DNA of 51,088 nt from a virus. The notes below the pieces were generated by a model, which saw only the letters and a program-made list of their open reading frames with translations, was not told where the DNA came from and searched no databases. This document shows, piece after piece, positions 19,355 through 28,359 of the stretch (the stretch's first letter is position 1; each line of letters opens with the position of its first letter). Location: the IMG/VR virus record IMGVR_UViG_3300039098_000044, positions 1-51,088 of that record. One strand, written 5' to 3'. The translations under genes and the position numbers were made by a program.

Positions 19355-19786
19355 CTACTCATATTTATTTGCTAGCACACAAAAGTCCTTTCCGTTCCAT
19401 GTTGGCCCTACGTCCACATGACACCTGTGTAAATAGTAATTGCCTCTACTATTTTTCCTATAATAAAATTTAACATTTGTAAATCCAGCTTTCTTAAAGA
19501 TACCTATAAGGTTTGTTTTACCAAATCTATAGAGGCTCCCTTTGAAGTCCACGGCAAGTCCTTTCAAGTGATAACTATTAGGGCTACCTCCGACAGCTTT
19601 GTTAAATCTAATTGTTCTAAATCCACTAGTTATCATCATTGATCCTATTCTATCTCTAGTATATTGTAGACCATCTAATAACTTTGGATCGGGCAACATA
19701 ACGCTGTTACCATCTAATTTGTTTATAAACTCAATAAGATTAAAATTCTTTCTGAGTTGTATATTACCAACCATGTTAATTAACAT
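19355..19786 (-). CDS. peptidase M15 family cell-wall hydrolase (endolysin or virion-associated)
   Basis: ITSGFRTIRFNKAVGGSPNSYHLKGLAVDF ... HRCHVDVG matches the SGyR..N..gG...S.H..G.A.D / H.D zinc-peptidase pattern. Confidence 0.7.
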   Translation of the reverse strand: MLINMVGNIQLRKNFNLIEFINKLDGNSVMLPDPKLLDGLQYTRDRIGSMMITSGFRTIRFNKAVGGSPNSYHLKGLAVDFKGSLYRFGKTNLIGIFKKAGFTNVKFYYRKNSRGNYYLHRCHVDVGPTWNGKDFCVLANKYE

Positions 19787-19798
19787 TATATCACCTCT

Positions 19799-20674
19799 CT
19801 ATAATACTTCTACTGATGTAACTATACCTGCAGTTGGTGTGGTTGAATAAGACCAACATATGGTATTTGTTCCAGCAACAATAGTATACTCATATTCGTA
19901 TGGAGCAGATGCATCTTCTGATAACTCTAAATAACCAATACCAGCAATAGCTCCGGATGGTTCCCCATCATCAAGCGGTAAAGAACCTATTGCATCTGCA
20001 ATACCACATATTTTATATCGACCATTATTTGAAGACTGTGTAATTCTTATAACTTCACCAGCAGTTAAGTGAGAAACATTTATAAGAATAGATTCATAAT
20101 TTGGGAATGATGCGTCATTAATGACAACATTACCAGCCGATGCATAAGTACCCATATATACTGTACCATCCCAAAGAGGCACACGTTCCGGTAATATTTC
20201 AATTCCTGTAACAAGTGATAATGGTAATTCAAAAGCAAAGTATAAACAAAATGTGTTTATAGTTGAGAAAGACTTTGCAATTCTATAGACGCTTTTTCCA
20301 CCAACGTCCAAGCCCTTTATACCTGTATTAATAGTTCCGGTTGCGGGTATTTCTGAAACCAATTCAGTTAATTGAGTTGTTCTACCTCTATTACCAGCAA
20401 CATCTACAGTGATATTAACTTCACGACCTGGTTCAAGTTCAGATACATCAATGTAAAGTGTTTTAGATGTTGGGTATATACCTAAATCAATTGTAGCTGG
20501 TGGAGTGACAATTGATTCGTAATATATACCATTCCATAAGCTAATAAAGTTTATATCAATCCAACCACTATCATAATATTTCATAACAGCTACATCAAGC
20601 CAAGCATCATCATAATATTTTATAGAGGTAACATCAAGCCATTCACTTCCATTCCATCTTTTTAAGATTGCCAT
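19799..20674 (-). CDS. tail fibre / receptor-binding protein
   Basis: N-terminal W-containing repeats (KYYDDAWLDV, KYYDSGWIDI); C-terminal domain paralogous to 31738..32196 (..SAPYEYEYTI..IVTSVEVL). Confidence 0.5.
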   Translation of the reverse strand: MAILKRWNGSEWLDVTSIKYYDDAWLDVAVMKYYDSGWIDINFISLWNGIYYESIVTPPATIDLGIYPTSKTLYIDVSELEPGREVNITVDVAGNRGRTTQLTELVSEIPATGTINTGIKGLDVGGKSVYRIAKSFSTINTFCLYFAFELPLSLVTGIEILPERVPLWDGTVYMGTYASAGNVVINDASFPNYESILINVSHLTAGEVIRITQSSNNGRYKICGIADAIGSLPLDDGEPSGAIAGIGYLELSEDASAPYEYEYTIVAGTNTICWSYSTTPTAGIVTSVEVL

Positions 20675-20684
20675 GTGTCACCTC

Positions 20685-21638
20685 CTAGTTAGTATCTATC
20701 CATAAATCACCATCTTGAGGTGATGTTGGTTCTGTAGTATCAATTGAAACATTTCTTAAACTTTTAGTTCCTTCTTCTCCATCTTGAATAATACCATCTT
20801 CGCCTAATGTAATATTAATCACAGTACCATCGGCTTTGATATATTCAACTATAACTCCTTCTGTATCTTTATAAATATAACCTCTACCACGCTCAGGATA
20901 AGTTGGGTTGCCAACTCCTTCACCCATTTCAATCTTAGGAATAAGACTTACATGATCTTGATCAAAGTACCATTTCATACGAGTATTATAATCATACTCA
21001 TAAATTGTAACAGGATAACTAGTTACTTCAGTAGTTATTTGAATTCTTGTTTCATCTGTCCAATAAACTGGATTGCTATCTCTATCAATTACTTGAACAG
21101 TTTGTGGAACTCCACCATCATCTCCAACGTATACTGCATTTATAAAACTAAAGTTTTGATCTTCTAATTCCATAAATCGTATATTAACTTTACTAGCAGT
21201 CTCATCTATCTCACCTAACTGGAATGATCTATATAATTCAACAGCATCAGAAGTATCCAATTGGTCAACTGTCAATGAAGCAATTGTTGCTTTCTCATAT
21301 GACAATGATTGTGTGATGGTAGTTTCAGTTACCATACCAGCCTCGACATTAGATATCTGAAGGTCAGTATATTCTGTAACTGTAAGTTCTGTAGCTTCAG
21401 CCACATCATCTACGTATTTCTTTGTAGATGGCTCATAAGGTTGATCTGGGGTGAATGGTGTTGTGTTATCAGTAGCAAGGTAATTACCTTCCTTAGCTAC
21501 GTTTGTATTTAATTCTTCTATGATTTCGTTTACTTTATCTTTAATAGCTTGATTATTAGCATCAAACTGCTCAGAGTTTATAATGTCTCCATCCTCAAAG
21601 TCTGGATAAGGTATAACAATTACATCAATCGTAGCCAT
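20685..21638 (-). CDS. tail structural protein
   Basis: 317 aa, start overlaps the upstream stop; position only. Confidence 0.35.
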   Translation of the reverse strand: MATIDVIVIPYPDFEDGDIINSEQFDANNQAIKDKVNEIIEELNTNVAKEGNYLATDNTTPFTPDQPYEPSTKKYVDDVAEATELTVTEYTDLQISNVEAGMVTETTITQSLSYEKATIASLTVDQLDTSDAVELYRSFQLGEIDETASKVNIRFMELEDQNFSFINAVYVGDDGGVPQTVQVIDRDSNPVYWTDETRIQITTEVTSYPVTIYEYDYNTRMKWYFDQDHVSLIPKIEMGEGVGNPTYPERGRGYIYKDTEGVIVEYIKADGTVINITLGEDGIIQDGEEGTKSLRNVSIDTTEPTSPQDGDLWIDTN

Positions 21639-23258
21639 TTATTTTCGCCTCCCTCGTAGTATATAATCTCCTGCAACCTCATGTAACCTAAATGGTTCAT
21701 TCATTGCATCATTAGCTATAGTGAAAGACAAGTATCTACCTCTCTCTCCTATTTGTGTTGGAACACTAGCAGCTATGTCTTTACTCAAGAACATATCTCC
21801 AAAAGCTGCAATTCCCCAAATGGAAACATTGGCTTTGAATTCTAATAGGTTCGTAACATCTATTAAGTCTATCTCGAAGCTCAATTTTATTGAACTTACG
21901 AATGCAGTATAAGTTGTAACAACTGCAAATATTTCTCTAAAGTGTTTGTAATAAGTTGAACTATCAAAGCTAAATCTCTTACTTGTCCAGTAAGCACTAA
22001 TAGCAATATCAACACCATCGATTACATCTGTGTATGCATCCGTATCATCTACAGAATGCCAAGTGTAAATCTCTTGGTCTACTCCAGCAACACCCATAAG
22101 CATTGTTCCGGCATTATTATAGATTGCAGTTGGAGCTATGTCATAAGGCGTCCAAGCTAATTCACTATAATTGTAAACCATTGTTAATGAATCTCCAGAT
22201 AAGTAATACTCATCCTCAAAGAATATTGCTCTTGAATTTTTTAATTCAGCTAACGACATATTAATAGGTGGTCGAAGTAAATCAACATCTCTACTAAGTA
22301 CGTCTGTAGTAATATATCTAACATCAGTTAAAGGAGTAATCATTCTATAAATTATTCCATCAGAACCGACATAAACTAAATAATTATGCATTCTCTGAAC
22401 TGAATCTTGATTTATCATTCCTGCATGAGTTTGAATTAGTTTCATTCTAAATATCTCATCGCCACCATCAGATTCATTTGTATTACCAAATATAGCATAA
22501 ACACTTTCTTCTCTACCAACTACCATAGTATCCATGAACTCAATTAAACAAGTTACAATTTCTCCATTAGGATTTGGTTGAAGTGGTAGCACTACAGGCC
22601 AATAGAATCCATTCTCAATATCTGAGATATAAACATTATTTGGATCATCCTCTGCTCCACTAATATATAATCTACCAAGTCTAGTAGCAATCAATGAAGG
22701 TTTCTCAGGAATAATACCCTCTCCTAATTCTGCATCATCTAATTGTGCTTCACAAGGTTCATACCATCTTTGCTTAGGATTAGTACCGTCATCATTAACC
22801 CAAACTCCTATAACTGCTGGAGGTGGAGCTGGTGTGTAAGTACCAGGGTTTACCATACGTCTCATAGTTGTTCCATCATAAACCCATATGCCCAATCCAT
22901 CAACGAAGAAGAACTGGTCCAAAAATGTTACACCATAGGCGGCATTAGGAATGTCAAATTCCACAGCGCCTATTACTACTTTATCTAAAGTAAATGTAAC
23001 TAATTGATTAGCACCAGTATAAGGTTTATATTCACCTATCCAAGTTATATCATTTGTACTAGTACCATGCTCAGTAATTGAAGCATAAATACCTAATCTT
23101 TTTTGTATTTGTCTATCACTAGCAAAACTTATATTAAGGCAAGCTCTAGCTTGATTATCGTTTAGTTCAGTTTTATTATTGAGCCCGCCAGAAAAATCAT
23201 CAAAGTTAAAAGGACTTATGATATCTCTAGGTGCGGGATTCTTTTGATAATGTATCAT
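21639..23258 (-). CDS. tail structural protein (539 aa)
   Basis: Position downstream of the capsid/connector genes; no motif recognised. Confidence 0.35.
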   Translation of the reverse strand: MIHYQKNPAPRDIISPFNFDDFSGGLNNKTELNDNQARACLNISFASDRQIQKRLGIYASITEHGTSTNDITWIGEYKPYTGANQLVTFTLDKVVIGAVEFDIPNAAYGVTFLDQFFFVDGLGIWVYDGTTMRRMVNPGTYTPAPPPAVIGVWVNDDGTNPKQRWYEPCEAQLDDAELGEGIIPEKPSLIATRLGRLYISGAEDDPNNVYISDIENGFYWPVVLPLQPNPNGEIVTCLIEFMDTMVVGREESVYAIFGNTNESDGGDEIFRMKLIQTHAGMINQDSVQRMHNYLVYVGSDGIIYRMITPLTDVRYITTDVLSRDVDLLRPPINMSLAELKNSRAIFFEDEYYLSGDSLTMVYNYSELAWTPYDIAPTAIYNNAGTMLMGVAGVDQEIYTWHSVDDTDAYTDVIDGVDIAISAYWTSKRFSFDSSTYYKHFREIFAVVTTYTAFVSSIKLSFEIDLIDVTNLLEFKANVSIWGIAAFGDMFLSKDIAASVPTQIGERGRYLSFTIANDAMNEPFRLHEVAGDYILRGRRK

Positions 23259-23268
23259 AGGTCACCTC

Positions 23269-23769
23269 CTAACCAACTACTGTTTTACCGTCTCCGGTAG
23301 TTTCGTATTCTTCTCTATCATCAGTGGCATAACGCCCATCTGCTGATGTGTCATAAGGAATGCCTTCATAATAAGTATCATATACTTGTTCTTTAGTATA
23401 ATCAACAGTTATCTCAACGCCCTCAGAATCTACTATAATAATTTCTCCAGATAATATCTCGCCTTTAAGCGAGGCTAATTTAACTTCAAATTCGTTATTA
23501 GCAATTCTGGATTCATAAAGTTTTTCGTCCATTTCCAAAGCTCTCATTTGTGCATAAATACTTAACATCTCATGCATATAATCTGGAAGTAAAATAGGCA
23601 CATCAGAATCAGTTTGTAAAGCAACCATTCCACGAAGAACAGCAACCTCTTGTTTGATTCTATCAATTCCTTGATTAATCGCATCCTCTAACAGATCAGT
23701 TGTATAATGAGTATGAGCTGTATCTCTTAAACGTCTACCAGCTCTAACTACTAATTCCAATCTTGTCAT
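23269..23769 (-). CDS. head-tail connector/adaptor-like protein
   Basis: 166 aa, position after the capsid genes; helical N-terminal half. Confidence 0.3.
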   Translation of the reverse strand: MTRLELVVRAGRRLRDTAHTHYTTDLLEDAINQGIDRIKQEVAVLRGMVALQTDSDVPILLPDYMHEMLSIYAQMRALEMDEKLYESRIANNEFEVKLASLKGEILSGEIIIVDSEGVEITVDYTKEQVYDTYYEGIPYDTSADGRYATDDREEYETTGDGKTVVG

Positions 23770-23785
23770 TCTGTTTCACCTCCAA

Positions 23786-24700
23786 TTAACTAGTTGCTGG
23801 CTCAATATATCCACCAGTTCTAGCAAAGATTTCTCTATCTCTTGTATAGCCTTGCTTTTCTATATTAAAACTCTTAGCATTATCTGTGATTGCATTAAGT
23901 GTATGCGCTTCACAATAATGAACTGTAGTTCCTAATACATTTCCTGGAACAGCCGATGCATTAGTACTTGCTCCAAATGTAACACCTGTTGAATCTGTAT
24001 CAACAAATCCGAAGGCTAACGTAGCATCATTTACAGAAGTAGTTATAGCTGTTAATGAAATTAAACCAGCAACGCTATCAACAACGAACGTATCAACAAT
24101 TGCCTCATTAGCGTTTAAAGCCGCTTTAACTTTTGTAGCAACATCAGTAACTGTATATTCATCATCTAAAGCAATAACAATTGCTAAAGGAGAACCAGTT
24201 AAATTAGCTGATGTAATAGTCATTGTAATATTTCCAGCTAAGTCAGCAGCTCCAGCAGTGGTATTTGTAGAAGCTCCAAACGTAACACCAGTAGTGTCTG
24301 TGTCAACAAAACCAAATGCCAATGTAGCGTCATCTGCCGCCGCAGTAATAGCTGTTAATATAGCTGAGTCAGTTGCTCCACTAACTGTGAAGAAACTAAT
24401 AACATCTTCGTCAGCCTCTAAAGCTGTTCTGAGTGCTAAACCTACAGCATCTACATCATCTGATTCTACAACTGGAACTATAACATCCTTTGGAGAATTA
24501 GTCATGCCAGCAGAAGTAATTGTCATTGTAATGTTACCAGCACCTGTTGATTCACCAGCGGTACAGGTAATTGTTTCAACTTGTAATTGTGCTTCAACTA
24601 AACCAGCAGTTGCTGTAATAGTTTCAACTTGAACGTCAGCAGCAGTAACTTCTTTAACTTTATAAGCCCCTGGCTTTCCGCATATAACACATTTATCCAT
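23786..24700 (-). CDS. capsid-associated (decoration-like) protein with tandem 101-aa repeat
   Basis: AGNITMTITSA..ATLAFGFVDTD.TGVTFGASTN occurs twice (aa 54-147 and 155-247); CVIC at the N-terminus, YCEAH at the C-terminus; immediately downstream of the capsid gene. Confidence 0.4.
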   Translation of the reverse strand: MDKCVICGKPGAYKVKEVTAADVQVETITATAGLVEAQLQVETITCTAGESTGAGNITMTITSAGMTNSPKDVIVPVVESDDVDAVGLALRTALEADEDVISFFTVSGATDSAILTAITAAADDATLAFGFVDTDTTGVTFGASTNTTAGAADLAGNITMTITSANLTGSPLAIVIALDDEYTVTDVATKVKAALNANEAIVDTFVVDSVAGLISLTAITTSVNDATLAFGFVDTDSTGVTFGASTNASAVPGNVLGTTVHYCEAHTLNAITDNAKSFNIEKQGYTRDREIFARTGGYIEPATS

Positions 24701-24720
24701 TTATTTTCACCTCTTATTTT

Positions 24721-24754
24721 AAATAAAAAAGGGAAGGAGTTAATCTCCCTCCCT
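24721..24754 (-). terminator. rho-independent terminator after the major capsid gene
   Basis: Minus strand reads GGGAGGGAGA ttaa CTCCTTCCC followed by TTTTTTATTT. Confidence 0.7.
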
Positions 24755-24797
24755 AATTATAGTATAGCACATTTCGCACTAAATGTCAATCTAAATC

Positions 24798-25763
24798 TTA
24801 TACTCCAGGAGAACCTACGATTCCTCTAAAGTCAGATACTCCATAAGAATATCTCATGTAACCTCTATACTTAGCCACGAAGTTATCGAACTCTTCCATA
24901 GCCTTGAACTCTGGCATTACTCTCCAGAAGAAATTCAATTCATGCTCTGGCGATTGTAAGAACCAATAAGCGTCAGTAGCTGAATCTCCTGTAGAAGCTG
25001 CTCCTAAATAGTCCATAACAACTATCTCTAAAGCGCCTTTCATGATATTTAAATCATTGTTTGGAGAGCCTGGTAATAATTGAGATTGTAAAATTACTCT
25101 AGCAGTGTACTCTAATGCTGGTGGAATGATAAGCTTGCTAGCTCTCATAACGATTAAGTTTCCAGCCTCATTAGTTAATGCTCTAAATTTCAATAATGCT
25201 AATCTCAAGTTAGCTTCTGTGAAAGCACCTGACATTAAATTATCATTAACTCCAGCTGAATCTAATAATGGGTGATCTGCTGCGCATAATGCTTTACCAT
25301 CATAAATTGCAGATACTCCAGTACCGCCAACGTCTTCTGAGAATGCATTTACTAAAACAGTAATTGCGTCTTTCTCAACTTTCGCTCTACCAGCTCTAGC
25401 TAAGTTCTTAGGGAATTTATCCATTTGGTTATACATTTCATCATCATATAATTCACGAGTTACCATGAAACCTGATGTGAATGCAGTGTGAGTGTAAGCT
25501 CTCTCTAAACCAGGAGAAAGTGTTTGGTAAGATACTGTGCTAAATTCATCAGCTCTTGCCACCCAATCACCAAAGTCTCCAAGTCCATACTCTCTTTCAA
25601 CAGCACGGTTAGAAGTTTTTACATTAAATACTTTTGAAAATTGTTCTTCAATTTCATTATATTCGTCAAAGAAAATTCTTGCGAATCTAGGCTCTAGTAA
25701 AAGAGCGAACGGTGTCGAATAATGAGAATTGGAAGTAGTTGGTACTACAGGGATTGTAGCCAT
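24798..25763 (-). CDS. major capsid protein
   Basis: 321 aa; order portal-scaffold-this gene; followed by its own terminator. Confidence 0.6.
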   Translation of the reverse strand: MATIPVVPTTSNSHYSTPFALLLEPRFARIFFDEYNEIEEQFSKVFNVKTSNRAVEREYGLGDFGDWVARADEFSTVSYQTLSPGLERAYTHTAFTSGFMVTRELYDDEMYNQMDKFPKNLARAGRAKVEKDAITVLVNAFSEDVGGTGVSAIYDGKALCAADHPLLDSAGVNDNLMSGAFTEANLRLALLKFRALTNEAGNLIVMRASKLIIPPALEYTARVILQSQLLPGSPNNDLNIMKGALEIVVMDYLGAASTGDSATDAYWFLQSPEHELNFFWRVMPEFKAMEEFDNFVAKYRGYMRYSYGVSDFRGIVGSPGV

Positions 25764-25777
25764 TCCTATTCACCTCT

Positions 25778-26404
25778 TTATCTATTTTTTCTAAATTTCC
25801 ACTTCGAATATATCTCAGGTTTTTCACCAGTCTTGCGGCAGTATTCAAGTTCATCAGGACTAAGTCCAAATGTACCATCCTCTACATCTCCACCAGTATC
25901 TGCGCCAGAAATAATACTTGAAGTGTCAACACCAACATTGTTCATTTCAGCAATTAGTTTTGCTCTAATCTTTGCTTCTAAATCGTCAGTGTCATTACTA
26001 GTCGATAAGCCTCTTGCAATGAAATCAAAATCTATATCAGTCGGCTTAATTCCTTTATTAAGCATATCAGATGCTTTATTAAGTACAGCCACCTCATCAA
26101 ATGATTCACCATGTATTACTTTAAGTTGAGCCATCTTCATGTCTAAAAACATTTTAGTCATTTCAACATTCTCATTGCTCCTTTCCGGGTCGGAGTTGAG
26201 TGATTCGTCAACTTGTTGATTAGCATTAGTCACACTTAAGGCTTGCTTTTCTTGTGCTAAAGCTTGAGTTTTTTTAGTATAATCTGATTGTCTCATATAA
26301 CCATTCATAAGTTCATCAACGCTTACAGTTGTTCCATCAGGAAGTTCTACTAAATCCGATTGTTCACCATCAACCTGTGAGTTCGTTTTGTTTTCTACTG
26401 TCAT
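25778..26404 (-). CDS. scaffolding protein
   Basis: 208 aa, acidic and helical, lies between the portal and capsid genes. Confidence 0.5.
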   Translation of the reverse strand: MTVENKTNSQVDGEQSDLVELPDGTTVSVDELMNGYMRQSDYTKKTQALAQEKQALSVTNANQQVDESLNSDPERSNENVEMTKMFLDMKMAQLKVIHGESFDEVAVLNKASDMLNKGIKPTDIDFDFIARGLSTSNDTDDLEAKIRAKLIAEMNNVGVDTSSIISGADTGGDVEDGTFGLSPDELEYCRKTGEKPEIYSKWKFRKNR

Positions 26405-26430
26405 TTAATTGTCCTCCATAGCGAGTCCCT

Positions 26431-28341
26431 TTATGAGTTGCTCGCAATTATCTTGTCTAACTCAGGGAATACAGACAATAATTGTTGTATCTCTTCGTCA
26501 GATAGTGTCTCGATCTCCATTAGTATTTCGTCAGGGATCGTCTTCTCATCTTCTATTATACCATTAATATCGTCATCTGTCAAGCCCTGGTCAGATTGGC
26601 CTTGTTCATAGCCTCTTCTCATTAGCTTGGCATCAGATTCTTTTTGTTTAAGTTTATCATGTTCAGCAGTTAAATCTTCAACTTGCTTAGTTAATGCAGT
26701 AACCATCTCAACCATTTGATTGAGTTGTTGTTCCATAGCTTCAGCCTCTTGATTAAGTTGACCCTCAGCTCTTTGTTGCATTCTAGCAAGAACATCTTGC
26801 TTATTATTAATAGGAACGAATTCCATAATAGCTTCTCTATCAACCATAGGTAATCCATCTTCAGCAGTTGTTTGACCAAGTCTAATCATAAGGTCTAACA
26901 TAGCATTTCTATTAACTGGCATTGTTGAGCCTGCAGTAATTATAATATCAAAGTCAGCAGTTAAGTCTTGAGGAGTAATTGTATCTTGAGTTAGTTTACC
27001 ATTGATATCGCTCATAGAAACTATTCTATCACTCTTCCAAAACTGTTGCATTCTCGCATACCACATATTAGCTAACTGAGCTAATGATTGTTCCATGATT
27101 CTAACTTTTAATCTAATTCTAGCTTGACCAGCTTCTTGTAATGCTAATATAGCTTGAGCTGCAACAACTGAATCTCCAGCTTGACCTCTAGTAGAATTAT
27201 GAATTCCTGCAATTGATTCAATATCATTCTTCATCTCATCAATCTTTGCCTGAATATAATTAGGCATTGTAGGTATTTCCAATCTTCTAACAATAGTACC
27301 TGGGTTGTGTCTAATAACAAGACCATGTTCATTTGTCAATGAATTTCTAGGAATACCTGCATTCTTCTCAACTAACCAAGGAGAGTTTGCAGTAAGCTTA
27401 GCATTATCTATAACTGCATTGTTCAATTCATTTAATGAGAATTGTGGAGATAGTAATTGTTCTACATCACCGCTACCCCAGAATTTAAATGGAACGTCAT
27501 AATCTTTAAATAATACAAATGGGAATTTACCATCCTTATAAGGATTCTGTCTATCTTTTAAAACAATACCTGGTTGTGGAGCTACTGTGATAACTCTACC
27601 TCTAGGATATTTTTTCTTTTTCTTTTCATTACCATATTCATCTGTTCCATCAGCAACCTCAGTATGATCTCTACACCAACATTCTAATATTAAAATTTGA
27701 TTATTAACTGAAGCAGTGGTTTTCTGTGAAACTAAGTCTGGATCAGATACGCCAGTTCCGCTCAAGAACTCAGCTTTATTTGGGAACAATTTCTTAACAA
27801 TATTAACGTTTTTATAAGTGGAATATATAATCCAATCTGCATCCTCCATGGTAGTGGCCATTGGGTCTGGGAAGAAGTTCATAGGGTCAACAAGTATTGG
27901 TGTAACTTGACCTTTCTTATCTTTATTCTTATTCCAAGGTAAATATATAATAGCAGTACCAGTAGTTAAAGCTGTTGTTAAAGCTTTAGGTAACATGATA
28001 CTCATTTTACTTCTATCCCACTCATAATCAAGAGCTGTTTGAACTTTAGAAGCTTTATCTTTACCTTCGCTATTTCTAGCCAATGCTTGAAACTTAGGGT
28101 TATTATCTGTCATAATTGGTCTTATAGTTTCTAATGTTGCATGTATATAATTAGAAATATGATTACTAGCATAATCAGGCTTAGTAACTTTTGTATCTCC
28201 ATTATAAGCATCTATACAAGCCTTATCTAATTGTGTTCTTGAAAGCTTATTTGAGCGAGCTTCATTAAACTTTTGTAATACCCAACTAGATATAATACCC
28301 TCTTGCATTTGGGCATCTGTCATCTTTTTTTCTTTAGCCAT
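26431..28341 (-). CDS. portal protein
   Basis: 636 aa directly downstream of TerL; acidic coiled C-terminus. Confidence 0.65.
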   Translation of the reverse strand: MAKEKKMTDAQMQEGIISSWVLQKFNEARSNKLSRTQLDKACIDAYNGDTKVTKPDYASNHISNYIHATLETIRPIMTDNNPKFQALARNSEGKDKASKVQTALDYEWDRSKMSIMLPKALTTALTTGTAIIYLPWNKNKDKKGQVTPILVDPMNFFPDPMATTMEDADWIIYSTYKNVNIVKKLFPNKAEFLSGTGVSDPDLVSQKTTASVNNQILILECWCRDHTEVADGTDEYGNEKKKKKYPRGRVITVAPQPGIVLKDRQNPYKDGKFPFVLFKDYDVPFKFWGSGDVEQLLSPQFSLNELNNAVIDNAKLTANSPWLVEKNAGIPRNSLTNEHGLVIRHNPGTIVRRLEIPTMPNYIQAKIDEMKNDIESIAGIHNSTRGQAGDSVVAAQAILALQEAGQARIRLKVRIMEQSLAQLANMWYARMQQFWKSDRIVSMSDINGKLTQDTITPQDLTADFDIIITAGSTMPVNRNAMLDLMIRLGQTTAEDGLPMVDREAIMEFVPINNKQDVLARMQQRAEGQLNQEAEAMEQQLNQMVEMVTALTKQVEDLTAEHDKLKQKESDAKLMRRGYEQGQSDQGLTDDDINGIIEDEKTIPDEILMEIETLSDEEIQQLLSVFPELDKIIASNS

Positions 28342-28359
28342 TTGGTTTTACCTCCGTAT

